DNA from: a virus
Taxonomy: Duplodnaviria > Caudoviricetes
Reading direction: 5' to 3' (one strand)
Length of the DNA: 64,000 bases
IMG/VR virus record: IMGVR_UViG_3300028886_000037
Span: 64,001 to 128,000 of that record
Position 1 is the stretch's first letter, and every line of letters starts with the position of its first letter. This document shows, in pieces, positions 55,227 through 64,000 of this stretch. Made by a program: the position numbers and the translations under genes. A model generated the notes under the pieces. That model was not told the DNA's origin. It saw only the letters and a program-made list of their open reading frames with translations, and did not search any database.

Positions 55227-57106
55227 TTCACCTCCAAGAGCACTTTTCTGAACTCAGAGTCGCCAGCCATCGTCTGTTCGAGCGTCTCTAGCGTCTTGTC
55301 GTCATACTTCATCTGGATCAGCTTTCTAGTCTTCGGAGAGATGCAGAGAGTAGCCAAGTCGTCAGCGTTGCACTCTCCCCAACCCTTGAGTCGAGTGATC
55401 GTGTACTGTTTGCACTTCGCTTCCTTCATCTTCTTTTCGACTTCGTTTCTGCTGTTTCCATAGACTCTAGCGCTAGCGCCATTAGCCATGAACAACGGAG
55501 AGTCCACAGTGTATACGTGACCGTTCTTTACGAGGTCTGGCATATACTTCAGAAGGAACGCCAGAACGAGGTTTGTGATGTGAAGTCCGTCAGGGTCAGC
55601 GTCTGTCAAGATGATCAGCTTGCTGAATCTGAGCTTAGACTCGTCATACTGGTCGAGAACGCCACAGCCGAGTGCAGCAGTCAGGTCCTTGATCTCTCTG
55701 TTTCCGTCTTGCTCTGAACCCTTCTTTGTCGATCCGAAGAGCTGTGTCTGAGTAGCCTTCGCAGCGTTGATGATCTTTCCGCGAAGCTTCAGACAGGCCT
55801 GGAATCCCTCACGAGCTTGCTTGAAGTGACCACCAGCAGAGTCTCCCTCCACTACGAACATCTCAAGGTCGTCTACGTTTCTGTACTTGCGTCTGTCGGC
55901 GTCAGAGAACTTCTCGGAGATGTACTTAGCAGCGTTGTTGAGCTTGTTAAGACCCTTGAGCATGTCCTTGCTAGCTTTCATCTTCTGACGCTCGTCATAC
56001 ATCTTCTCTGCGAACTTGACGATCCGGTCGAGAGTGGACTTGTTGTCACGGAAGAACTTTCTGAGCGGCTTGTCCAGCAGATCCTGAACGTCCTTCTCGG
56101 CCGATACTGTAGTCAGCTCATTCTTAGTCTGGCCCTGATACTGCGGATCAGCCATCTTGAAGTGAATAGCTCCGACCATTCCCTCTAGAATGTCGTCGCT
56201 AGTGATGGACTTCTTAGAGCTCTCTTTGACGATGTCGCAGATGGCTTTTCTGAATCCCTTGAGATGAGTACCGCCCATGTCTGTGTAGACGTTGTTCACG
56301 TACGAGCGGAAGGAAGAACCCTCACGCTGAGTGAAGTTGATGGCTGCGTCGATATTCTCGGCAGAGTAGGAGAAGATGATCTCTTTGTCTTTGCCCTCTG
56401 ATACCATGTCGGCTAGACCAGACTCAGAATAGAAGTCGGTCTCGGCTCCGTCCACGAAGAGCTTTATGCGAAGCTTCGGACATAGATACTTCACGTCGTC
56501 TAGCTCACGCTTGAGCCTAGAGATGTCCATGTCGATTCCGTCTTCGAAGATCTTAGCGTCTGGAAGGAATCTTACGATCGTTCCTGTGTCTTTGACCCAC
56601 TTCTCGAACTCTCCACATCCACCTCTTGTGACCTCTCCGTCAGCTACCCCACGAACGAACGCTTGATGCATCCACGTGCGCTTCTCGTTGTTGTTAGAGT
56701 ACGCGACGAGCCACTTAGACAGAGCGTTAGTGCCCTTGTTTCCGACGCCGTTCTTACCAGCAGAGATCTTGTAAGACTCTTTGTCGAACTTGCCACCAGC
56801 GTGCATCTGGCCAAATACGAGCCATAGAGCTGATTTTCCGGTCTTTTTGTTGATACCCGTGGGAATACCGCGACCGTTGTCGATGACCGTGCAGATCTTG
56901 CTTTCTGTGCTGTAATCGATCACTATTAGATTGTTGTGACCGATGATGTACTCATCCAGAGAGTTGTCGATGATCTCTCGAAGGCATCGGTAGAGCGCTG
57001 GGGCGTACTTACCAGTCGTAGCGCCCATGTACATGTCTGGTCTCTTTCGAACGAAGTCTGGATAGACTAGACCCTCGATCGCGTTGGCGTCATAAGCTTT
57101 AGCCAT
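55223..57106 (-). CDS. Type IIA topoisomerase B subunit (GyrB/ParE-like)
   Basis: VRKRPDMY, EIIDNSLDE, DNGRGIP, HAGGKF, VEGDSA, LRGKIIN, TDADPDG, RLKGWGE. Confidence 0.92.
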   Translation of the reverse strand: MAKAYDANAIEGLVYPDFVRKRPDMYMGATTGKYAPALYRCLREIIDNSLDEYIIGHNNLIVIDYSTESKICTVIDNGRGIPTGINKKTGKSALWLVFGQMHAGGKFDKESYKISAGKNGVGNKGTNALSKWLVAYSNNNEKRTWMHQAFVRGVADGEVTRGGCGEFEKWVKDTGTIVRFLPDAKIFEDGIDMDISRLKRELDDVKYLCPKLRIKLFVDGAETDFYSESGLADMVSEGKDKEIIFSYSAENIDAAINFTQREGSSFRSYVNNVYTDMGGTHLKGFRKAICDIVKESSKKSITSDDILEGMVGAIHFKMADPQYQGQTKNELTTVSAEKDVQDLLDKPLRKFFRDNKSTLDRIVKFAEKMYDERQKMKASKDMLKGLNKLNNAAKYISEKFSDADRRKYRNVDDLEMFVVEGDSAGGHFKQAREGFQACLKLRGKIINAAKATQTQLFGSTKKGSEQDGNREIKDLTAALGCGVLDQYDESKLRFSKLIILTDADPDGLHITNLVLAFLLKYMPDLVKNGHVYTVDSPLFMANGASARVYGNSRNEVEKKMKEAKCKQYTITRLKGWGECNADDLATLCISPKTRKLIQMKYDDKTLETLEQTMAGDSEFRKVLLEVK

Positions 57107-57560
57107 TGAAGTCCTCCGGCTTCTTGTCTGCGATAGACTCTGCGTAAGTCTTCAGATCAGCGATAGTGATGTTCCACTCGGATTCAGATAGCAGAGGAAG
57201 CGGATGATCGAGATGATCGTACTCGGCTAGAACAGCCTGAGTGATAGTCTCCATAGCTCTTCTGATGCATTGCACATCTTCAACTTCGCAGAATCTCTCC
57301 ATCTTCTTTACGAGCGCTGGAATTTCCTCTTCAGCGCATACTACGATCTTGCAGAGCTTCTGAATGTTGGCGTAGAAGTGATTTAGATAGAAGACTGCCT
57401 TCTTGACGTCTTCTGCGGGTAGTTTCTTGCTCTTGTAGCGAGCGAGATACTTGAATGCGTTTCCAAGATCGAAGTTGAGATTTCCAGTGACTTCGATAAC
57501 CTCAATTCCTGCCTTGTTGTTGCAGTAGTGCGATGGATGATTTACGTTGTCTACGGCCAT
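57099..57560 (-). CDS. DUF3310 / T7 gp1.7-like nucleotide kinase domain protein
   Basis: DNVNHPSHY...IEVIE...F.LGNAFKYLAR...ED.KKA.FYL. Confidence 0.75.
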   Translation of the reverse strand: MAVDNVNHPSHYCNNKAGIEVIEVTGNLNFDLGNAFKYLARYKSKKLPAEDVKKAVFYLNHFYANIQKLCKIVVCAEEEIPALVKKMERFCEVEDVQCIRRAMETITQAVLAEYDHLDHPLPLLSESEWNITIADLKTYAESIADKKPEDFNG

Positions 57561-57862
57561 TATACCATATCTCCCATGTCGTATTGTCTAGCGGCATTTT
57601 TCATTTCGCGGTTCCGCTGCGCTGCAGCTGCCATCCTTCTCTCTTCCTCGATCTTTCGCTTGATCTCGTTGTTGCGGTCGATCGCCCACATGATTCGGTA
57701 AGGAAGAGCGACCACGACGCATAGACCAAGAAAAGCGAAGAAGTACGGCGCAACCAGTCTCACGAACCACATAGCAGTAGCTCCGAAGAGGCCGATTCCG
57801 CACATCGTAGCGAGATAGAAGAATGCGACTATCAGGCTAGGAATAACATACTTCTTTTTCAT
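57560..57862 (-). CDS. Membrane protein
   Basis: Two hydrophobic segments and a charged tail. Confidence 0.6.
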   Translation of the reverse strand: MKKKYVIPSLIVAFFYLATMCGIGLFGATAMWFVRLVAPYFFAFLGLCVVVALPYRIMWAIDRNNEIKRKIEEERRMAAAAQRNREMKNAARQYDMGDMV

Positions 57863-57864
57863 TT

Positions 57865-58176
57865 TTACTCTCTTTCGTAAGTTTCCTTGAAGATGTCGGG
57901 CTTGCAGAAGTAGAACTCGCCCTGAACTCCCTTGATGACGAAGTCACCCTTTGAAGCGACGTGCTTAGCCTTCTTGTCCTTTCCATCTTCGAGAGTCACG
58001 ACGACCAGTTCATCGTCTTCGAGCTTGACGTTGTCGCCTGCGAACTTCTTGACTGCATCGAAGTTGTCGCCAGTCCACTTGATAGCCTCGATAGATACTG
58101 GCTTCTTGCGGAACTTGACGTGTTCCTTGTCGCAATCTGGATTCTTTGATTCGTTTAGCCAACTTGTGAATGACAT
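57865..58176 (-). CDS. Conserved phage protein (RKKPV.IEA.. / GD.VIKGV.GEFY.CKPDIF..TYE family)
   Basis: Recognisable motif. Confidence 0.7.
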   Translation of the reverse strand: MSFTSWLNESKNPDCDKEHVKFRKKPVSIEAIKWTGDNFDAVKKFAGDNVKLEDDELVVVTLEDGKDKKAKHVASKGDFVIKGVQGEFYFCKPDIFKETYERE

Positions 58177-58196
58177 ACTTAGTTCCTCCTTATAAG

Positions 58197-58568
58197 TTAG
58201 ATTCCGAACATGCCAGCTCTGGACATGCCGTTAGCCTGATCAGAAGTGTTCTCGAGGAACTCGTCTGCGTGTTCGCCCTCTTCGAGAATCATGATGATTT
58301 CAGGCTCCTTGCAGATCCAGACATCCTTCTTCTCGCCGTCCTTCTCGTAGTCGAGATGGAGAGCTGCGATGTTGTTGATGATGACGCGGTCGCCCTCTTT
58401 GACTCCCGGAGCACGACGCTGTCCATCGGGATAGTAGCGGCCAGGGCCAACCTTGATGACAGTGCCCTCTACGAGGCCGATTGTCTTGTGAGCTTCGGGA
58501 ATGTAGATTCCCTTGACTTGAACCTTCTTTGGAACTTCGATTGCGATCTTGTCGTCTACGATGATCAT
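58197..58568 (-). CDS. GroES-like co-chaperonin
   Basis: GIYIPE...GTVIKVGPG......VKEGDRVI...E.EI. Confidence 0.85.
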   Translation of the reverse strand: MIIVDDKIAIEVPKKVQVKGIYIPEAHKTIGLVEGTVIKVGPGRYYPDGQRRAPGVKEGDRVIINNIAALHLDYEKDGEKKDVWICKEPEIIMILEEGEHADEFLENTSDQANGMSRAGMFGI

Positions 58569-58655
58569 AGTCTTTCTCCAGTTTAGTAAAATACACGCCT
58601 CAGTAAGGCGGTCTTTAAATGAATATACAAATTTATAGTGAAGTTTGAATTCGTA

Positions 58656-59501
58656 TCAGAAATTGATCAGGAATTCCTTCTTGTCTAGCTTGTGGTGAGG
58701 CGGCTTGTCTGGGCTTCCGACTGAGTTAGAGATAGACAGGATTTTCTTTCCGTCTACCGTCACTTCTCGCTTGAACTGATCATGAAGATGTCCAGAGTGC
58801 CAGATCGCTCCATCGGGAAGCTTCTCTAAGATCTTAGATCCGTCGAATGCAGAGAGTCCGTAGTCAAGTCCCTTGGACTCAAGATCAGAGTTTCTCTCGA
58901 TCAGCTGGATCGCTGGAAAGTGCGTAATGAGAATCTTCGTCGTCTTGCTTATGCTTCGACCCACTGCCTCGTTCTCGTACTCAGCCATCTCGTTGAAGTC
59001 TGTAGTCCAGCCGAGCTTGAAGTTCTTGTAGTCTTTGCCGTTCTGCCACTTCTGGAGCATGTGTTCAGAATCTGAAGTAGCTGATCCGTCAGCATATCCC
59101 ATGCCTCCACAGATGTACTTGCCGTTCCAGAACTTCTCAGAGCCCTTGAGAATGTCTAGCATGTCTACTCTCTTTCTCTCGTCGAAAGTAGCTGTGTGCA
59201 GAAACGTCTCTATTCTCTCACGCTTAGTGTAAGTGTCGAGACCACGATTGCAGTCCTCTTCGTTGAGGCGCATCTCGTGATTCCCATACACATAGAAAAT
59301 GTGCTGGTACATGTCTGCCAGCACTTTGAATGTCGAAAATATCGAGTTAACTGAGCAGGCTACGTCTCCAGCGATGAACAGACAGTCAGCGGGAAGACAC
59401 CATTTCTCCAAGAGCTTCTTGTACTGAGCTGTGTTGGAGAAGGCTGACTGTGTCTTGACCCACTTGTCTATATGGAGATCGTTGATGAAGTAGCCAGTCA
59501 A
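58656..59501 (-). CDS. Calcineurin-like metallophosphoesterase
   Basis: DLH, AGD, GNHE, THF, GHLH. Confidence 0.85.
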   Translation of the reverse strand: MTGYFINDLHIDKWVKTQSAFSNTAQYKKLLEKWCLPADCLFIAGDVACSVNSIFSTFKVLADMYQHIFYVYGNHEMRLNEEDCNRGLDTYTKRERIETFLHTATFDERKRVDMLDILKGSEKFWNGKYICGGMGYADGSATSDSEHMLQKWQNGKDYKNFKLGWTTDFNEMAEYENEAVGRSISKTTKILITHFPAIQLIERNSDLESKGLDYGLSAFDGSKILEKLPDGAIWHSGHLHDQFKREVTVDGKKILSISNSVGSPDKPPHHKLDKKEFLINF

Positions 59502-59510
59502 GATTTCCTC

Positions 59511-60179
59511 TTACTTGAAGCTGATTTCGACCTGGTAATTCTCTGTATTTCCAGAGTAAGACGGAATGTGCTCGCGAATGAGGTTATCGAGCTGATTCTT
59601 GATCAGTTCCTCTTCTGAGTCGTATTCTCTCGAGTCGAAAGTATCGACGAACTTTCTCCAGACTTCGCCGCTGCCAGAGAACTTGATCATCCAGTTTCTC
59701 TCGCTAGTAGTCGTGAAGTAGAAGACCGAGTTAGAGTTCTCGCCGTAAGCTCCATCGTGACCCCAGTCGGCTATAGGCTCGTCGTCCACGTCCTTAGTGA
59801 CCTTTGCCTGGCCGTGCTGCTCGGTTACGGTGATTCCGAATTTGTTCAATGCTTCTTGAATAGCGTTCACGTCGATCCAAGTCCAAGCTCTAGTCACTTC
59901 GACGTCGCCCTTCTTGTGGAACATGCCGACAGTTCTTCCGCCCATCATACTTCCCTGTTCTCCAGACTCGTCGAGTCCGTAGCTGCGATGGAGCATGTGA
60001 TAGGTTCTGCGACCTTCCTTGGTGCTCATATCTGCAACTTTCACAGTGTCGTGCTTGATGTAGACATTAGCTACGACTACCTTCTCGTCGATAGATTCAT
60101 CCACTCTTTTTTCTGTCGGTGCGATGATCTCGTACTCGCCAGTCGATTCAAGAAGCTTGTAAGCGCTCAAAAATTTCAT
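59511..60179 (-). CDS. Hypothetical late protein
   Basis: TATAAATA at 60206-60213; AAGGAG RBS. Confidence 0.6.
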   Translation of the reverse strand: MKFLSAYKLLESTGEYEIIAPTEKRVDESIDEKVVVANVYIKHDTVKVADMSTKEGRRTYHMLHRSYGLDESGEQGSMMGGRTVGMFHKKGDVEVTRAWTWIDVNAIQEALNKFGITVTEQHGQAKVTKDVDDEPIADWGHDGAYGENSNSVFYFTTTSERNWMIKFSGSGEVWRKFVDTFDSREYDSEEELIKNQLDNLIREHIPSYSGNTENYQVEISFK

Positions 60180-60204
60180 AAAGATACTCCTTATCTAGTA
60201 CCTG

Positions 60205-60732
60205 TTATTTATACTTCGACTTGCCCTTCTTGTCGGACTCCATCTCTTCGGCCACGATGTCTTTCCAGCGGTTACGAATTCTCTCCGCTTCGTCGACATC
60301 CATGCCCTCCATGTAGTCCCTAGCTTTTTCGATCGTATAGAAGTACTCGTGCATGATTGCGCGTAGGAGCTCTTCGTCTGGCTCTTGGAACTTCTTGTAG
60401 ATCTTGCTCGTGAAGTAGTGCTTCTGGCGTCTCAGAGTGCAGCACATGAGCTCGTAGAAGTCTTTGTCGCTCAGTTCGAGCTGCGAGATCACGTTGAAGA
60501 TCGGAAGATACTCTTCATAGGTAGAGAGCCACTTGAGAATCATGTACTGACTCATAGCGCCGCGCTCTTCGTCTGTGAGGTCTTCCCACGGACACTTGTC
60601 GCCGCCCATGTGGTCTACCAAGCTAAAGAACGGGCTCTTTTTCTTCTCTTTCTTGACTTCTGTCGTCGGCTGTGCGTTCTGCAAGCGCAACTGCTTCCTG
60701 AAAAGTGCGATGCTCGATTGTCGTCTTGGCAT
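60205..60732 (-). CDS. gp62: Clamp loader small subunit, T4 gp62-like
   Basis: SQYMILKWLS......N......LSDK..YE pattern; near gp44/gp45. Confidence 0.65.
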   Translation of the reverse strand: MPRRQSSIALFRKQLRLQNAQPTTEVKKEKKKSPFFSLVDHMGGDKCPWEDLTDEERGAMSQYMILKWLSTYEEYLPIFNVISQLELSDKDFYELMCCTLRRQKHYFTSKIYKKFQEPDEELLRAIMHEYFYTIEKARDYMEGMDVDEAERIRNRWKDIVAEEMESDKKGKSKYK

Positions 60733-61351
60733 ATTTCATATCCTCTGTGAACTTCTGGATGAGAAGGTTTGCTGTGTCCGAGTACTCGTTTGTCTCGAAC
60801 ACGTCAAAAATAACAATTTTACGGCCGAACTTGCTCAGAACTCGAACCTTCGTAGTCGGGTCATCTGGCAGTCCAGGATGAGTGTCGATGTCGATCGCTA
60901 ACTCATCATAGCATTTTGCGGCGTTTAGAGCCGCTTTACGGCCCTCTTCCGAGTACTCCGGTGGGAAAACATAGAGAGCAGTCTTAAACTCCCTAGAAGC
61001 GGCTTTCTGCCGCTTTAACAGCTCATCCTCAGACATTGGCGTCTTTGGGAAGCACTCTTCGAGGAACTTAACGAGCTCGGTGAAGTCGTTTCCGAACCTT
61101 TGGCCACGCTCGACGAACTTGATCTCGTTGTCGAGATAGCCCGCAGTGAGCGGAAAGCCGATACGGTCGAGAAGTTCCCAGATGACCTGTTTCTCCGACT
61201 CCGTAACGACTTCCACGATGTAGAGATACGGGCTGTCTATGCGCTCGATGTCCCTCTTGTAGTCCACGCAGAACTGACAAGTGTCGGACACGAAGACATA
61301 GAGTCCGTGCTTGTAGCCCAGAATGAAGCTCTGTGCGGTTATCTTCTGCAT
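60623..61351 (-). CDS. Thioredoxin-fold protein inserted between gp44 and gp62
   Basis: VFVSDTCQFC...GFP. Confidence 0.55.
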   Translation of the reverse strand: MQKITAQSFILGYKHGLYVFVSDTCQFCVDYKRDIERIDSPYLYIVEVVTESEKQVIWELLDRIGFPLTAGYLDNEIKFVERGQRFGNDFTELVKFLEECFPKTPMSEDELLKRQKAASREFKTALYVFPPEYSEEGRKAALNAAKCYDELAIDIDTHPGLPDDPTTKVRVLSKFGRKIVIFDVFETNEYSDTANLLIQKFTEDMKYAKTTIEHRTFQEAVALAERTADDRSQEREEKEPVL

Positions 61352-61365
61352 CCTGAAGATTTCTC

Positions 61366-62289
61366 CTATTCGAGTCCCATCAAAGAGAGAAGACAGCAAG
61401 CGAGCTGGATGTCTGGAAGTCGTGAAGTAGCGCCAGCGAGCTCGTACTGACCGATGATGAGGATCGCGCTACCCTTCTTCTTGCAGGTCGGGACGTACTT
61501 GTCGTAGAGGAAGCGGTACACGTCCACGTCAGAGTAGCCCTTCTCGTTGATCAGCGTTCTAGCCTCTTCGAGCTTCTTAGCCTTGATGCAGTCGATAAGC
61601 TTCTCGTCAACTTCCGAGAAAGCCATGATGCCCTTGTCGATCTTGCCGTAGAGCATGTAGTACTTCTGCAGGAGCGAGAAGATCTCACGGATCGAAGTTC
61701 CGAGACGATCTACGAGAGCCTTGACAGCCTCTTCGTCGAACTCTACCTTCTCGAACTTAAGGATTCCGATCGTTCTCTTGAGGATCTGTTCCTTCATCTC
61801 CTGCTGCTTGACTGGATCGTTGAAGTTGAAGTCGAGCTCCATCGTTCGACCCTCTTTCAACGCGTCGATCACGTTCATCGGGAAGTTGCAAGTCATGATG
61901 TAGCTGCAGCCCTTAGCTGTCTCCTCGATGAGGTTGCGGAGAGCGCCCTGGAACTTAGCGGAGCACATGTCGAACTCGTCCAAGAACACGATCTTCGGCG
62001 TCTTCTTGGGATTCTTGGTGCGTGCGAAAGTAGCGAGATCTTCACGGAGAAGCTCGATCTTGCCCTCCATCGAAGCGTTGATCTTGAACACCTGAGCGTC
62101 AAGGTCGTTGATGAGCGCGAGAGCGATAGAGGTCTTTCCTCTTCCCTTTGCGCTGTATAGCATCAGGTTGGGCACTTCACCAGTCTGGACGATATTGTCG
62201 AACATGCGGCGTTCGGCCTTCGGAAGAATGACGTCCTTGACGTGATCTGGGCGGTACTTCTCTACCCACTTGGAACAATTCTTGTTCAT
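61366..62289 (-). CDS. gp44: Clamp loader large subunit, T4 gp44-like
   Basis: WVEKYRP, GRGKTS, INAS, FLDEFD, Q.ALRNLIE, TCN. Confidence 0.92.
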   Translation of the reverse strand: MNKNCSKWVEKYRPDHVKDVILPKAERRMFDNIVQTGEVPNLMLYSAKGRGKTSIALALINDLDAQVFKINASMEGKIELLREDLATFARTKNPKKTPKIVFLDEFDMCSAKFQGALRNLIEETAKGCSYIMTCNFPMNVIDALKEGRTMELDFNFNDPVKQQEMKEQILKRTIGILKFEKVEFDEEAVKALVDRLGTSIREIFSLLQKYYMLYGKIDKGIMAFSEVDEKLIDCIKAKKLEEARTLINEKGYSDVDVYRFLYDKYVPTCKKKGSAILIIGQYELAGATSRLPDIQLACCLLSLMGLE

Positions 62290-62373
62290 AAAGTCTCCAT
62301 ATACAAAAATGTCTTCCTTTCAAATATAGAACTTTGAGAGGAAGACGGAATTCGTTCCTTAGAGATATGTTCC

Positions 62374-62697
62374 TTAGAACTTCATCTTGCGGGCAGCCTT
62401 AGCGGCAGCTCTGCGCTGAGCTCTGTTTCCGTTGTGCATCTCTGGAGGGAGAATGCACGGACAAGCTCTGGGTTCGCCAGTGTCGGGATTGATGGACACA
62501 TATCCATTTCCGTGGCAGCGCTGGCAGTCAGACTTCGGCTCCTTGATCTCGACGCCGAGAATCTGGTACCCGAGACGGAGTCTCTCGAGCGGAGGAAGCG
62601 ATCTGAGATACTCGACTCCCTGCTGCTCGTCTTCTGTAGCGATGGCGTCTGGCTTGTTGAGTCCAGCGAAGTTGTTGATCGGATTCTGGAAGTTCAT
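62374..62697 (-). CDS. Small zinc-binding protein
   Basis: CQRCHGNG...CPC, NRAQRR tail. Confidence 0.55.
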   Translation of the reverse strand: MNFQNPINNFAGLNKPDAIATEDEQQGVEYLRSLPPLERLRLGYQILGVEIKEPKSDCQRCHGNGYVSINPDTGEPRACPCILPPEMHNGNRAQRRAAAKAARKMKF

Positions 62698-63434
62698 TAT
62701 TCCTCCGCGAGCAGCATGATCTGGAGCTTGATGTCGTCTTCACGTTCCTGGACGAGGACGAGACAGCCGTCAGCGTCAATGTCGATCTTGTACTTGCCCT
62801 TCGGAAGAAGGTTGAGAGTGTCGGCAGTGAACTTGAGGCTGAAGTTCTTAGCAGCTGGCTGATTGAGGAAGATCGGATAGTCTGCACGGTCAGCAGAGCG
62901 CATCGTGTACACGTTGAAGTTGAGAATGTTCTCGTTCGCGGTCACGTCGATGTAGTCTGCGCCGATGATAGAGATCTTGCGCTGTAGCTCGTTGATGGTC
63001 TCTTCGTCGAACTCTACCGCTACGTCCTGATTGTGCTCAGCGAGTTCATGGAATGAAGAGTCGAAGGTCGGAAGAGTGGTGTCGCCGAGACGCAGTGTGA
63101 GCTTGTCGGAACGAGCTTCGTTCTTGAAGATCATGTCGACTGCGCTGCCATCGTCATCCACGTTCACAGAGAGGGTGGAGGTGACGGTCTTGGAGCTCAT
63201 AGCTTCGTAGAACTTCTTGAAGCGGTTGAAGTCGATGAAGCCGAGTTCGTTGACTGGCATGTTGAAGTAGGAAACGGGCGCTTCGAGAATGTAGCAGAAG
63301 TTAGAGGACTGATTGTTGGCCATGATGGTCAGCTTGTCGCCATTCTTAACGACCTTGATTCTCGGATTGACGGCAGAGAGGGTTTCGAGCACGTCAATGT
63401 AGCTCTTGTTGTAATCTAGTTTTTGTTCAGTCAT
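62697..63434 (-). CDS. gp45: Sliding clamp, T4 gp45-like
   Basis: VLETLSAVNP, LGFIDFNRF, LNLLP.G.Y; adjacent to the clamp loader genes. Confidence 0.75.
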   Translation of the reverse strand: MTEQKLDYNKSYIDVLETLSAVNPRIKVVKNGDKLTIMANNQSSNFCYILEAPVSYFNMPVNELGFIDFNRFKKFYEAMSSKTVTSTLSVNVDDDGSAVDMIFKNEARSDKLTLRLGDTTLPTFDSSFHELAEHNQDVAVEFDEETINELQRKISIIGADYIDVTANENILNFNVYTMRSADRADYPIFLNQPAAKNFSLKFTADTLNLLPKGKYKIDIDADGCLVLVQEREDDIKLQIMLLAEE

Positions 63435-63549
63435 ATTGCAATATATTCCTTTGTGGAAGTTTCTAGGGTAAATTTACATACAAAAACGGCTGAGAAATTT
63501 TCATCTAAGCCTTGGTAAAGAATTCTTTACTTATTGGACGTTAAATACC

Positions 63550-63999
63550 TCATGCGCATACGAATACTTCTCCTCTGTCAGTTCCGAAGATCTTCATCTT
63601 GCGGATAGCCTCTTCTCTAGTCGACTCTCGAATGCTGTCGAGTAAGTATCTCTCATCGAGATCCTTCACGACCCATTCGTCACCTCGTTTCTTGATTGCG
63701 AATCTCGCAGCCTGGATGTTGCTGCACGGCTCTCCGTTATGATCGAACAGCTCTGCGTCCTTCAGAGGCTCCTTGAGCCAGTTCAGAACTTCCTTCGCAG
63801 CTTCGACAGCTTCCTCTGCAGTGTTGAACCAAGATCGTGCGTCGTGCTTGTTGCCGAGCGGCACATACTGTTTCTCATAATACTTCACAGGAAACTTGCT
63901 TCGTCTTGACTCGGGAGTCTCTACTTTGACAGCGATCCTGTACTTGCCGTAGCGAGAATAGTCGCTATAGACTTTCAGCCTAGTGTGCTTTTCAGGAAA
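63550..63999 (-). CDS. Hypothetical protein, 5' end outside the window
   Basis: The frame of 63550-63888 stays open to the window end. Confidence 0.5.
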   Translation of the reverse strand, partial: FPEKHTRLKVYSDYSRYGKYRIAVKVETPESRRSKFPVKYYEKQYVPLGNKHDARSWFNTAEEAVEAAKEVLNWLKEPLKDAELFDHNGEPCSNIQAARFAIKKRGDEWVVKDLDERYLLDSIRESTREEAIRKMKIFGTDRGEVFVCA

Positions 64000-64000
64000 G

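Noticed and set aside
1-64000. tRNA or rRNA genes, integrase, reverse transcriptase/DGR
   Set aside because: None was recognised; intergenic spaces are short and explained by promoters and terminators (no tRNA scan was run).

Overview
This is a 64-kb segment of a large, divergent T4-like myophage. Its class III RNR (NrdD) suggests an anaerobic host. The minus strand carries scrambled T4-like core genes. Morphogenesis genes are gp13, gp19, gp6, gp2, gp23, gp22, gp16, gp20, gp4 and a GroES. Replication and transcription genes are gp61, gp32, gp33, gp41, UvsX, gp44/62/45, gp55, two separated type II topoisomerase subunits and NrdD/glutaredoxin. It also carries IF-1 and three glycosyltransferase-type genes. 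Plus-strand accessory islands sit behind a repeated early promoter (GTTTAC/GTTTAG-N17-TATATT, leader AAGGACC), and late genes have TATAAATA. The most striking locus is 46.7-53.7 kb. There the terminase large subunit is fractured by a short 32-aa split-intein N-fragment, and that IntN occurs three times. Copies 2 and 3 each start in frame immediately after the stop codon of a Hef/Vsr-like homing endonuclease (one intact, one truncated). A four-gene, split restriction-modification-like island sits inside the array. No IntC/TerL-C is visible in the window, and a separate ATPase-only terminase paralog lies at 6.3-7.0 kb. All calls come from motif recognition by eye; no database searches were run.
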